From NCBI GenBank assembly GCA_036626005.1, contig JAZKSP010000001.1, forward strand, positions 1,344-65,343: DNA of 64,000 nucleotides, given 5' to 3'. Below are positions 1 through 9,864 of the stretch, one piece after another. This stretch comes from Thermoplasmatota archaeon. Its GTDB lineage: Archaea > Thermoplasmatota > Thermoplasmata > Halarchaeoplasmatales > Halarchaeoplasmataceae. The first letter of the stretch is position 1, and each line of letters begins with the position of its first letter. A model generated the notes under the pieces. The model did not search any database, was not told the origin of the DNA, and was given only the letters and a program-made list of their open reading frames with translations. The position numbers were made by a program, and so were the translations under genes.

Positions 1-1383
1 GGAGATATGCGATTAGAGGAAATAAATACTGAAGTTATCAACGTTAAGAACGGGACGGTCGAGGCCATAAAAAGCAGTGAGAGCGAAGGTTACGGCATAA
101 GAGTGATAGACGGTGGTTGGGGATTTGCTTCATCAGCCGACCTCTCTAAAAAGGGAGTTCAAAAAACGATAAAGCGTGCTAGAAAGATAGCTAAAGCCTC
201 TGCTAAAGCCTCTGAGCCGATAGAACTAAAAGATGTTGAAATTCACCAGGACAGTTATACCACGCCACATAAGAAAGATCCCTTCAAGGTCGGTCTAGAA
301 GAAAAATTAGATTACCTGATGGATGTCGATGAAAGGATGGATATAGATGATAAGATAAAAGTTAGAAAATGTAACTTTAACGCGTGGAAGACCAAGAAAT
401 TTTTTGCCAGTACTGAAGGAGCTAAGATCGAACAAAACCTCATCAAGACCGGAGGAGGACTGAACGTAAATGTTTCTGACGGCGAGGATACGCAGAAAAG
501 AAGTTATCCCAATTCTTTCGGCGGTGATTTCAATTCAAGAGGATACGAGTTCTTCGAGAACTTGGAGCTTTTGGAACATGCTGAAGAGACTGCTCAAGAA
601 GGTGTCGATCTTTTAGATGCGGAACAGTGCCCCGAAGGAGAGATGGATATAATATTGAATACTAACCAACTTGCCCTACAAATACACGAGAGCTGCGGTC
701 ATCCAACCGAGTTAGATAGAGCCCTTGGGACCGAGGCAAGCTATGCGGGAACCAGCTTCATGACACCAGACAAATTAGGCGATCTCAGGTATGGTTCAGA
801 TATAGTTAATCTAGTTTCGGACGCTACGGCTGAAGGCGGCCTTGGAACCTTTGGATATGACGACGAAGGTGTAAAAGCTAAAAAGATAGATCTGATAAAG
901 GACGGCATGTTCGTCGGATACCAGGCTTCCCGGGAAGGTGCCGCGAAGGTCGGAACAGAGGTGAGTGGTAGTATGAGAGCTGACGGATGGAAAAATCTAC
1001 CCCTAGTCAGGATGACCAATATCAACCTCGAGCCGGGCGACTGGTCTAAAAAAGAAATCGTTGAAGAAACCGATAAAGGGATCATCTTCGACGGTATAAA
1101 GAGCTGGAGCATAGACGATAAAAGACTTAACTTCCAGTTTGGAACAGAAGCAGGATACCTGGTAGAGGACGGTGAAGTTAAGGAACTCATAAAGAATCCA
1201 ACCTATACGGGGATAACCTATGAATTCTGGAGGAACTGTGACGCCATAGCTGGAGAAGACGAATGGAACCTGCACGGCGTCCCCAACTGTGGAAAAGGAG
1301 AGCCAGCCCAAACAATGCAGGTAGGTCACGGCTGTGCACCCTCTCGATTCAAAGATATCAGAGTGGGGGTGGGAAAATGGTAG
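1..1383 (+). CDS. tldD: TldD-family metalloprotease, probably 5'-partial
   Basis: HESCGHPTE (HExxxH) motif, RMTN motif and C-terminal CGKG. The frame is open from base 1 (GDMRLEE...), so the true start is probably upstream of the window. Confidence 0.9.
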   Translation, partial: GDMRLEEINTEVINVKNGTVEAIKSSESEGYGIRVIDGGWGFASSADLSKKGVQKTIKRARKIAKASAKASEPIELKDVEIHQDSYTTPHKKDPFKVGLEEKLDYLMDVDERMDIDDKIKVRKCNFNAWKTKKFFASTEGAKIEQNLIKTGGGLNVNVSDGEDTQKRSYPNSFGGDFNSRGYEFFENLELLEHAEETAQEGVDLLDAEQCPEGEMDIILNTNQLALQIHESCGHPTELDRALGTEASYAGTSFMTPDKLGDLRYGSDIVNLVSDATAEGGLGTFGYDDEGVKAKKIDLIKDGMFVGYQASREGAAKVGTEVSGSMRADGWKNLPLVRMTNINLEPGDWSKKEIVEETDKGIIFDGIKSWSIDDKRLNFQFGTEAGYLVEDGEVKELIKNPTYTGITYEFWRNCDAIAGEDEWNLHGVPNCGKGEPAQTMQVGHGCAPSRFKDIRVGVGKW

Positions 1384-2747
1384 GCTCCGAAGAAAGATTT
1401 GGGAAGATATCAGATAAATTGATGAAGGAAACCGAGGCCGACGAAGTTGAGATCAGGATCATCGAGAGCGATACCGCACTGACCAGGTATGCAAATTCCC
1501 AGATACATCAGAACATCGCACAAGAAGACGTCGACATCTCGATAAGGGCCGTCTTCGGAAAGAAAACAGGTGCAGCTAGCACCAATTCCCTAGAAGAAAG
1601 TTCGGTCAAAGATTGTCTGTCTAAAGCCGAAACGATAGCTAAGAATCAAAAGAGCGATCCGGACTTTAAAGGACTTCCTGAACAAAAGGAAGTTAAGAAG
1701 TCCCAGCAGGAGGACTACGTAGAAGCCACCGTTGGATACACGCCCGATAAAAGAGCGGAGAAGGTAAAAGAGATAATAAAGATGGCTAAAAGCGAAGGTG
1801 TAGACAGAGTATATGGTGCCTTCCAGACAGAAGAACAAAATCTTTTCCTGGCCAATTCTAAGGGTGTGAAAAAATTCTCCAGGTTCACTTCTTCGAATCT
1901 AACCACTACGGCGATAGCAGATTGGGATAACGATCAAGGCTTCGGTTGGAGCGAAAGCTGTTCAGCCGATGTGAGAGATATAGACCACATGCAGGTCGGA
2001 AGAACAGCTGTAGACAAAGGTCTCAACAACATGGATACAGAGAAGATAGAACTGGGTGAATATGACGTTGTTCTTGAGCCCTTAGCTGTCAAGAGCATAC
2101 TGATGTACATGGATATGATGGGTTTCAGCGCCAAAAAGGTCCAGGAAGAAAGGAGCTTTATGAAAGGTAAATTCGGCGAGCAGATAATGGACGAACGCGT
2201 AAACATATACGATGACGTCTCCGATCCAGACATGATAGGTTATCCCTTCGACTATGAAGGAGTACCTAAACAGCGCGTCGACATCATCGAAAACGGCGTA
2301 GCGAATGAAGTGGTTTACGACTCATATACGGCCGGAAGAGAAGAGGGAAAGGAATCGACTGGACACGCTCTACCAATGCCTAACCCGATGAGTCCGATGG
2401 CGATGAACCTATTGATGGACACGGGCGATTACTCTCAAGAAGAGATGATCGGGGAGACCGATAAAGGTATATTGGTGACTAGGTTCAACTACTGTAGACC
2501 TGTTCATCCAGTGAAAGGCATCCTTACCGGACTGACGAGAGACGGGACCTGGCTTATAGAAAACGGAGAGGTCAAACATCCACTGAACAATCTGAGATTC
2601 ACTCAGAACCTCATCGAAGCTTTCAAAAACATAGAAGGAATCGGTGAGAAAAGGAAACTCTTCTCGATGGGGTTCTATCCAGGATACTTCGCCGCTCCGG
2701 CGTTGAAGATCTCGGATTTCAACTTTACTGGAACGACAGAGTTCTAA
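1377..2747 (+). CDS. pmbA: PmbA/TldE-family partner subunit
   Basis: TRYANSQIHQN, PFDYEG and STGHA motifs, no HExxxH. ATG at 1377 follows a G-rich SD and overlaps the tldD stop. Confidence 0.85.
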   Translation: MVGSEERFGKISDKLMKETEADEVEIRIIESDTALTRYANSQIHQNIAQEDVDISIRAVFGKKTGAASTNSLEESSVKDCLSKAETIAKNQKSDPDFKGLPEQKEVKKSQQEDYVEATVGYTPDKRAEKVKEIIKMAKSEGVDRVYGAFQTEEQNLFLANSKGVKKFSRFTSSNLTTTAIADWDNDQGFGWSESCSADVRDIDHMQVGRTAVDKGLNNMDTEKIELGEYDVVLEPLAVKSILMYMDMMGFSAKKVQEERSFMKGKFGEQIMDERVNIYDDVSDPDMIGYPFDYEGVPKQRVDIIENGVANEVVYDSYTAGREEGKESTGHALPMPNPMSPMAMNLLMDTGDYSQEEMIGETDKGILVTRFNYCRPVHPVKGILTGLTRDGTWLIENGEVKHPLNNLRFTQNLIEAFKNIEGIGEKRKLFSMGFYPGYFAAPALKISDFNFTGTTEF

Positions 2748-2837
2748 GAGGGTCTCTAAAAAACAATTAAACAACTTTTCTTTTTTCTTTATCCAAAAAT
2801 GATAAGAAAAAGAGAAATGGTTTTTTCTATTAGATCT

Positions 2838-3890
2838 CTAAGGCAGTCTCTTGACACCCTCACTGATCAGTTCTATCAGATTCCTAACGTCTTTCCAGTC
2901 CGCACATTCTACCGTAGAGTGAGAATACTTGACCGGTACACCTATAGAAAGTGTCAGGCAGCCTGATTCCTGTAGGGCCATCCCGTCGGTCGTACCGCCG
3001 GTTACGCCGTATTGATACGGTATTCCAGCTTCCTCAGCTACCTCCTTGAAATGGTCGACCATCTTCGGAGAAGAGATAGCTCTAGTATCGACCATCCTCA
3101 ACACCGGACCTTCGCCGAACTTTATCGGTTTGTAAAATTCTTCCACCCCGGGAGCGTCGGAAGTAGTGTAGGTATCTAATGCGATGACATACTCTGGATC
3201 TCTGGTGTTAGCGACGACTTTTGCGCCTCTCAAACCTATCTCTTCCTGAACGCTCCATATCGAGGAAAGGTCGACCTCTAATTCCCTATCCTTCAATTTT
3301 TTAAGGACCTCAAGAAGAGCAAAACTTCCTATCCTGTTGTCGAGGCCTCTACCTGAAACGACTTGACCTTCTAATCTCCTTAGTTTTTTGTCGAAGGTTA
3401 TTGGATCTGGAACGTCTATACCCATCTCTTTCACTTCTTCAGCGGAGTCTGCGCCGATGTCGACATGAGTTTTTGTCCACGGAGTCACCTCGTCCTTGTC
3501 GTCTTCTTCAGTAGTCAGATGTGGTGGTCGATGTCCGATAACCCCGTTCACAGGACCTTCTTCGGTGTGTATCTTGACGTGCCTACCGGTCAATAGAGGA
3601 TCTAGAACTCCACCGATCTTTTTTATCCGGAGATATCCATCATCTTCGATGTTAGAGACCACCATCCCGATCTCATCCATGTGAGCGACCAAAGCTACTT
3701 CTGGTCCTTCATCTTCCTTCTCATAGATGAGGTTACCTATGTTGTCTTCCTCTATACTATCAGTATCTTCGACTTCCACATAGTCTGCAATAAGCCCTCT
3801 GATCTTATCTCTAACCGGTCCTTCGTATCCCGCAACTCCGGGAGCCTTCAAAACTTGCTCAAATATATCTAATCCTTCCAGTTTTTCCAT
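2838..3890 (-). CDS. M42 (TET-like) aminopeptidase
   Basis: AHMDEIG, LDNRIG, QEEIGLRGA, GGTTD and YSHS metal-ligand motifs. Confidence 0.9.
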   Translation of the reverse strand: MEKLEGLDIFEQVLKAPGVAGYEGPVRDKIRGLIADYVEVEDTDSIEEDNIGNLIYEKEDEGPEVALVAHMDEIGMVVSNIEDDGYLRIKKIGGVLDPLLTGRHVKIHTEEGPVNGVIGHRPPHLTTEEDDKDEVTPWTKTHVDIGADSAEEVKEMGIDVPDPITFDKKLRRLEGQVVSGRGLDNRIGSFALLEVLKKLKDRELEVDLSSIWSVQEEIGLRGAKVVANTRDPEYVIALDTYTTSDAPGVEEFYKPIKFGEGPVLRMVDTRAISSPKMVDHFKEVAEEAGIPYQYGVTGGTTDGMALQESGCLTLSIGVPVKYSHSTVECADWKDVRNLIELISEGVKRLP

Positions 3891-3919
3891 CTTTTCACCT
3901 CAAAAATATATTATAGTAA

Positions 3920-3947
3920 GAGGGGGACCCCTCTATTTCGAGTGGAA
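3920..3947. repeat. 28-bp repeat, copy 1 (inverted relative to 7139-7166)
   Basis: GAGGGGGACCCCTCTATTTCGAGTGGAA is the exact reverse complement of 7139-7166. Confidence 0.95.
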
Positions 3948-3964
3948 CACAGAACCGAGAGTAT

Positions 3965-5065
3965 CTAAACGAACGGAGGGTTCTTCACAACCGCATCTCT
4001 CTTCTCGTCCCTGATTTCCACCTTTATCTCGGTTCCCTCTTCCTGATAACCGGGTTCGATATAGGCAAGACCGATACCCTTTTTCAGGGTGGGAGAACGA
4101 GTACCGCTGGTTACTTCACCTATCTCTTCATCATCTGCAAATATCTTGTAGCCGTGCCTCGGGATTCCTTTATCTTCCATCTCGAAACCTTTCAGTAACT
4201 GATGATCTTCATCCTTCATTTCTTCGAGCTTTTCTTTTCCCACGAAATCATGGTCCCATTCGATGGCGTCTTCAGCCCAGCCAGTCTCTAGAGTAGTTCT
4301 AGATTCATCGAAATCTTGACCAGCTAAAAGGAAGCCGAACTCTATCCTCAAAGTATCTCTAGCACCGAGTCCGCATTTTGTTGGAGAATCTTCGAGATCT
4401 TGAAGCTGTTCCCAAAGTTCTACTGCAGCATCGTTTGGAAGAGCGATTTCGAAACCGTCTTCCCCGGTATATCCACTTCGTTGGACGATAGGTTTATCGG
4501 CGACAGGCCAGTCTTCATCGAATTTTTCCATTATATCATCGTTTATCTCGATCTGTTTAGATTGGAAAAAGTCTATCTCTGACAGGTCCGCATCGGTCAG
4601 TTCCTGCAGTGTTTCTTCCGCATCGGGGCCTTGGATCGCGAACATCGAAGTTTCTTCTGTAACGTCTGTTAGATACTCCTCTCCACCCTGTTTCGCGAAC
4701 CAATCATAGATCCTTTCATTGTTTCCCACGTTCGGAACTATGTAACAGGAATCCTCCGACAGTTTAGCTACGATAGTATCGTCAAGGATACCTCCCTCTT
4801 CGTTCAACATATGGGCGTATTTCAATTGACCAACTTCCGAATCCGTGATATCCATCGTACAATGTTTGCTAATGAACTCTATCGCTCCGTCGCCCTCGAG
4901 ATATATTTGGCCCATGTGTGACACGTCGAAGATACCGACTTCTTCTCGCACCGACTTATGCTCTTTGTTTATACTAGAGAACTTCAGAGGCATCTCATAG
5001 CCTCCAAAATTGGTCATCCTTGCATCGGCTTCTACGTGATTTTCATGAAGGGCAGTTTCTTTCAT
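3965..5065 (-). CDS. gcvT: Glycine cleavage system aminomethyltransferase T
   Basis: FGGYEMP, FDVSHMG, RSGYTGEDGFE and GLGARDTLRIE motifs. Confidence 0.95.
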   Translation of the reverse strand: MKETALHENHVEADARMTNFGGYEMPLKFSSINKEHKSVREEVGIFDVSHMGQIYLEGDGAIEFISKHCTMDITDSEVGQLKYAHMLNEEGGILDDTIVAKLSEDSCYIVPNVGNNERIYDWFAKQGGEEYLTDVTEETSMFAIQGPDAEETLQELTDADLSEIDFFQSKQIEINDDIMEKFDEDWPVADKPIVQRSGYTGEDGFEIALPNDAAVELWEQLQDLEDSPTKCGLGARDTLRIEFGFLLAGQDFDESRTTLETGWAEDAIEWDHDFVGKEKLEEMKDEDHQLLKGFEMEDKGIPRHGYKIFADDEEIGEVTSGTRSPTLKKGIGLAYIEPGYQEEGTEIKVEIRDEKRDAVVKNPPFV

Positions 5066-5259
5066 ATTTCCTGTATCTATTCACTCCTTAAAAGTTTTTA
5101 TCTTCATGCAAACTCTTCGAAATAAGATTATTATTAAACATGTATGATATGAATGAAAAAGATTTAAATAGTTAAATTGTTAGAATTTATAAGAATTAGA
5201 AGTTCGTTTACAAAAAGTTTTTACTTGATATATGTTATAACATATGAGACGGGGAGAAA

Positions 5260-6645
5260 ATGAAAGAATATGATTTGATTTCAATAGGAACCGGCTCAGC
5301 TATGAGCATTGTAACTCAGGCTTTAAACGAAGACCCAAATTTGGATATTGCTGTGATCGAAAACGAGAAACCTGGTGGTATATGCCTCACTAGAGGATGT
5401 ATTCCATCCAAATTACTTCTTTACCCCGCAGAAGTCGTCAATAGTATTAAGGAGGCAGATAGATTCGGTGTCGATGTAGATATCAACTCTATCGATTTTC
5501 AGCAAATAATGGAGAGAATGAGAGACCATGTTAATACACAAAGTGAAAGTATAGGTACTAATTTGAGAAACAGTACAGATCTTGACTTTTACGAAGATGA
5601 TGCTCAATTCGTAGACGATTATACCCTTAAAGTCGGGAATAAAAAAATCAAGGGGAAAAAAATAATACTAGGGACTGGATCACGACCCTCAATACCTCCT
5701 ATAGATAATCTTGAAGAAACTGGTTACTTAACTAGTAAAACATTTTTAGATATCAAGGAGCTTCCTGAAAGTATAGTGATCATAGGTGGAGGGTACATCG
5801 CTGCAGAGTATGGATACTTTCTAGCAATGATGGGATCCGATGTCACCATAATAGGTAGGAATACACAGTTCGTACCATCTGAAGAGCAGGAGATATCTGA
5901 AGTGTTGGAAAAGAAACTTTCTAGATACATGGATATCTATACAGGTTATGAAGTGAAAAAGACAAAGGAAAAGTCTGGTAACAAGTGGGTCCTCGCTAAA
6001 TCGGATAAAGATAAGATAGAAGTTAAAGGAGAAGAATTACTGATCGCGACAGGTAGACGATCAAACTCAGATATATTGAAACCGGAAAAAAGCGGGATCA
6101 AAACAGATGATAAAGGTTGGATAGAAGTCGATCAACATCTAAAAACATCTAAGGAAAATATATGGGCCTTAGGAGATGCGACGGGAGAACACATGTTCAA
6201 ACATGTTGCAAATTACGAAGCAAAAATAGTATATGAAAACGCGATCGAAGGAAGAGAGAGTACAGTGGATTATCATGCTGTGCCACATGCCGTATTCACC
6301 TATCCACAGGTGGCTTCAGTTGGGATGAAAGAAAAAGAGGCATCCAAGAAACACGATATACTGATAGGTTACTATCCTTTCGAAGACACGGCTAAAGGTT
6401 CTGCCATGGAGATAGAAGATTATCTCGTTAAAGTGATTGTAGATAGTGAAGATTACAGGATACTCGGAGCTCATATAGTAGGTCCCGAGGCTTCTGTCCT
6501 TCTGCAGGAGATAATAAACTTGATGTACACTAAAAACCAGACATTTTTACCGATATATAACGGGATGCACATACATCCTTCCTTGTCCGAAGTTGTTGAA
6601 AGAGCGTTCTCGAATCTTCACTCTCACGAACACGAACACCATTGA
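5260..6645 (+). CDS. Pyridine nucleotide-disulfide oxidoreductase (dihydrolipoamide dehydrogenase / mycothione reductase-like)
   Basis: GGICLTRGCIPSK redox disulfide, GGGYIAAE, HIHPSLSE. Divergent from gcvT. His-rich C-terminal tail. Confidence 0.85.
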   Translation: MKEYDLISIGTGSAMSIVTQALNEDPNLDIAVIENEKPGGICLTRGCIPSKLLLYPAEVVNSIKEADRFGVDVDINSIDFQQIMERMRDHVNTQSESIGTNLRNSTDLDFYEDDAQFVDDYTLKVGNKKIKGKKIILGTGSRPSIPPIDNLEETGYLTSKTFLDIKELPESIVIIGGGYIAAEYGYFLAMMGSDVTIIGRNTQFVPSEEQEISEVLEKKLSRYMDIYTGYEVKKTKEKSGNKWVLAKSDKDKIEVKGEELLIATGRRSNSDILKPEKSGIKTDDKGWIEVDQHLKTSKENIWALGDATGEHMFKHVANYEAKIVYENAIEGRESTVDYHAVPHAVFTYPQVASVGMKEKEASKKHDILIGYYPFEDTAKGSAMEIEDYLVKVIVDSEDYRILGAHIVGPEASVLLQEIINLMYTKNQTFLPIYNGMHIHPSLSEVVERAFSNLHSHEHEHH

Positions 6646-6700
6646 TTTTATTTCCTTTAAAAGAAAAGATTTAAGTATGTTTCATTAAATCACTCAAGCG

Positions 6701-7084
6701 ATGTCCTGGAAAACATCGTACCGTCAAAACGAATTCGTGATCTCGATAATCGCTATAATGGTAGGAACTGTTATGCTGTTGATCGGTTTATTTGGTACTC
6801 TTCTCAGCGATTATTCACCAGAAGGTTTCACGGTCATGACCAATGCCATTGGAAACTGGAAATGGTGGTTATTGGTAGTAGGGATAATCCTGATTTTCAT
6901 TTTTGCGATAATGATATATCTTCGGATAAAAAGATTGAGGGAATTCAAAGATCTTTTTGAGACGGAGAGTAAGAGTAAATTCAGGAAAAATGTAGTTGAG
7001 ATCGAAGAGCTGGCTATAAAGCTAGGTCCTGAATTCGAAGATAAAGTGGTCGAGAAAGAAGAGGAATTCAATCTTAAAAGATAA
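6701..7084 (+). CDS. Small two-TM membrane protein (DUF3198-like)
   Basis: Two hydrophobic segments followed by a charged tail (SKSKFRKNVVEIEELAIKLG). Family assignment is from memory. Confidence 0.6.
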   Translation: MSWKTSYRQNEFVISIIAIMVGTVMLLIGLFGTLLSDYSPEGFTVMTNAIGNWKWWLLVVGIILIFIFAIMIYLRIKRLREFKDLFETESKSKFRKNVVEIEELAIKLGPEFEDKVVEKEEEFNLKR

Positions 7085-7138
7085 TCTATACCGGCTTTTA
7101 TCATCTAGTTAATACCCTCTACTCTCTCTATTCCTCAT

Positions 7139-7166
7139 TTCCACTCGAAATAGAGGGGTCCCCCTC
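7139..7166. repeat. 28-bp repeat, copy 2, directly upstream of tRNA-Gly
   Basis: TTCCACTCGAAATAGAGGGGTCCCCCTC. Confidence 0.95.
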
Positions 7167-7177
7167 CTTGGCGATAT

Positions 7178-7251
7178 GCGGTTGTGGTCTAGACTGGTTA
7201 GGACCCAAGCTTCCCAAGCTTGTAGCCCGGGTTCAAATCCCGGCAGCCGCA
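7178..7251 (+). tRNA. tRNA-Gly(CCC)
   Basis: Acceptor stem GCGGTTG/CAGCCGC, anticodon arm CAAGC-TTCCCAA-GCTTG, T arm CCGGG-TTCAAAT-CCCGG. CCA not encoded. Confidence 0.95.
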
Positions 7252-7262
7252 TATTTCATTTT

Positions 7263-8447
7263 TCAGTTTTCAGTTTTCCTTTCAATATCTGAAATCGCTA
7301 CTTGGGCCTTCTCATTCTTTGGATTCAACTCAAGTGCCTTGTTCATCTCTTTGAGGGCCTTATCATATCTTTCTAATTCGGTAAGGTATGCTCCTTTCAC
7401 GTAATGATATTCTGATTTGTCAGGAAAGAGATCTACTAATTCATTCGATACTTCTAAAGCTCTATCTATTTCGTCCATATTTTCAAAGATCAAAGCTTTG
7501 TTCAACAATGCCTCTTCGAATTTAGGATCTATCGAAAGAGCTTTGTCTATCGATTCTAGACTTTCCTCAAATTCCCCATTCCGCAGATGGCAGAGGGCCT
7601 TATTATTCCATACTTCTTTTTCTTCCGGGTCTAATTCCAATACATCTTCAAAACAAAGGATCGCTTCATCGTATCTTTCCATCTCGTATAGAATCCGACC
7701 TTTCTTTTTCAGAGCATCTAGATTATCTTCTCCTAGATCTATCGCTTTATTATATGCTCCGAGCGCCTCTTCCTCCCTATCAGCTGTCTCATAAGCTTTA
7801 CCCAAGACTGTCCAAATCTCTATACTTTCGGGTTTGATCTCTACAGAGTTTTCTAGTGCCTTTATGGCCTCGTTAGTTCTTCCTTGTTCTAGAAAGACTT
7901 CACCCTTTTTCATTAGGCAATGGGCTTCATTTTCTCCTTTCTCTATCGCTTCCTCGTAAATTTGTTTAGCCATTTCGTAATTTTCATTTGAAAAGTGCGC
8001 GTTTCCTTTCTTAATAAGATCGCTCTTTTTTTGGCTCTTAGAACTCTCTATTTTCTCCTTGAACTCAGCTAGATCAGACAACATGTCGAATTTTTCAAGA
8101 AGTTGATAAAGTTTTGTTCCATCTACCACTTCAATCTTGTCATCCATCTCAGAGTCGCCTTCGATTTTTTCTGTCGTGAACAGCAGGCCTTCGGTGGATG
8201 GTGAGAGGAAACTTTTCAAACTATCGATTTCTGAAATTATATCTTCACTTGAACGGGTGAATTTTATTATAAAATCTTGCACCTCGTTTTCCCTTTCTAT
8301 GGTACCTTCAGCTAATATGTGACCGCTAGCGGATTTAATATTTGATATCTTAAATCCTATACTCTCTACCACCTTTAGACAGAGTCGTTCAAAATCATCT
8401 CTATTTATTTTTTGAACACTTTCTAGAACTTCGTTTTTATCGTCCAC
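7263..8447 (-). CDS. TPR-repeat protein with an N-terminal degenerate Mrr-like domain
   Basis: About 7 TPR repeats (e.g. VWNNKALCH, ALLNKALIF). N-terminus DDFERLC...IEVVDGTKLYQLL resembles Mrr_cat. GTG start after AGGTGA. Confidence 0.75.
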   Translation of the reverse strand: MDDKNEVLESVQKINRDDFERLCLKVVESIGFKISNIKSASGHILAEGTIERENEVQDFIIKFTRSSEDIISEIDSLKSFLSPSTEGLLFTTEKIEGDSEMDDKIEVVDGTKLYQLLEKFDMLSDLAEFKEKIESSKSQKKSDLIKKGNAHFSNENYEMAKQIYEEAIEKGENEAHCLMKKGEVFLEQGRTNEAIKALENSVEIKPESIEIWTVLGKAYETADREEEALGAYNKAIDLGEDNLDALKKKGRILYEMERYDEAILCFEDVLELDPEEKEVWNNKALCHLRNGEFEESLESIDKALSIDPKFEEALLNKALIFENMDEIDRALEVSNELVDLFPDKSEYHYVKGAYLTELERYDKALKEMNKALELNPKNEKAQVAISDIERKTEN

Positions 8448-8499
8448 TCTGTCACCTAGTCATTACTCATTATAAAGACTCATCTATAAATATATTGCG

Positions 8500-9411
8500 T
8501 TAAACTAATTTTCTATAACGCTCTTGAACCTCTTCCCATCCGACTAGATTATCTTGTGGTCCAGAGCATTCTACAGAAAAAGAAGCTCTAGCAGAGCCTA
8601 GCTTGGAACATTCTATCAAGGACATATCTCTGTACAAACCGGCATAGAAACCCGCTCTAAATGCATCCCCAGCCCCTGTAGGTTCTACAACGTCTATCGG
8701 TTCATAGGCGGGTATATCTACTTTTTCGTTCGGGAGGTATATCGAACAGCCTTGTGACCCTTTTGTTACAAGAACCATGTCTATATATTTCAAAAAGCTT
8801 TCTGCTCCGTCTTCATTCAAGTAATCGAGTGCAACATTCAATTCTTTCTCATTACAGAAAAAATAATCACTTTTTTGTAAGAAATTTTCAAAATTTTCAG
8901 CATCATAAACATATTCTAGTTCCTGAGCAGGATCAAAAGCGATGGTTTTCTGGTCTAGATCAGTGGTTTCAAAGATTTTTTCATAATAACCAGGTCGTCC
9001 AGTTCCTATATGCAATATCTCACATTCCTCTACCGTCCTGGTCTTGAGTTCAAAACTATCCGCGTGCTCCATGACTCCTTGATCTATTATTGTTATTTGA
9101 TCTCCCATTGAATCATTAACTATCCAACAAGTAGGGCTTTTATATCCTTCTTTCATTTTCAGATCATAAGTGCTGACACCCGATTCCTTTAAAGCGTTGA
9201 GATAGTCCTCGGGAAAATCATTTCCTACAAAAGAAGCTAACGATACATCAACATCCATCTCTGCTGCGGCTCTTGCGATATTTGCAGCAGTACCACCATA
9301 TCTTACAACTCTGCTCTCTACCGCGATAGAAGAGTCTTTTTCTGGGAGATTTGGTACCTGTAGTATTACGTCTAGCGCCGTATGTCCAAACACACCTAAA
9401 TACGAATCCAT
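8500..9411 (-). CDS. PfkB-family carbohydrate/nucleoside kinase
   Basis: YGGTAANIA and PTGAGDAFRAG signatures. Confidence 0.9.
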   Translation of the reverse strand: MDSYLGVFGHTALDVILQVPNLPEKDSSIAVESRVVRYGGTAANIARAAAEMDVDVSLASFVGNDFPEDYLNALKESGVSTYDLKMKEGYKSPTCWIVNDSMGDQITIIDQGVMEHADSFELKTRTVEECEILHIGTGRPGYYEKIFETTDLDQKTIAFDPAQELEYVYDAENFENFLQKSDYFFCNEKELNVALDYLNEDGAESFLKYIDMVLVTKGSQGCSIYLPNEKVDIPAYEPIDVVEPTGAGDAFRAGFYAGLYRDMSLIECSKLGSARASFSVECSGPQDNLVGWEEVQERYRKLV

Positions 9412-9469
9412 GGAAACCTAAATACAATAGAAGAGTAAAAAGGTTTTGAAATCCGTGAAAATTCTTTTC

Positions 9470-9772
9470 TTATTCTAACTCTATCTCGTCAACGGTGACT
9501 TCCTCTACTTCAGGAGCCTCTTCATCATCTTCACTCTCTTCGATTTCCTTGTCCACACTAGCATCTGTATCGGTCACTTCACCGAAGGCGAGGGTTCGAA
9601 GTACCCTAGTTATTTTAATCTCGACTTCGTCTCCAACGTCAGTGTCCGGAACGAAGATTACAAAATCATCTATCTTCGCAACTCCGTCTCCTTCCTTACC
9701 AATATCTTCTATCTTGACTTCGTACGTTTCCCCTTCTTCAACAGGGGGAGAAACTCCAACATCTTCGCTCAT
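9470..9772 (-). CDS. Single TRAM-domain RNA-binding protein with acidic tail
   Basis: PVEEGETYEVKIEDIGKEGDGVAKIDDFVIFVP. Confidence 0.9.
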   Translation of the reverse strand: MSEDVGVSPPVEEGETYEVKIEDIGKEGDGVAKIDDFVIFVPDTDVGDEVEIKITRVLRTLAFGEVTDTDASVDKEIEESEDDEEAPEVEEVTVDEIELE

Positions 9773-9864
9773 TTACTTACACCTCATTTATTTTACACTT
9801 CTTATTGAAGTGTAGATATTTCAACAAACTTGGGATATATATCTTTTGCCCCTTCCAACTGTTA

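Noticed and set aside
7168..7404. ORFs overlapping tRNA-Gly (and 47409-47672 over tRNA-Ala)
   Set aside because: Spurious translations of tRNA genes.
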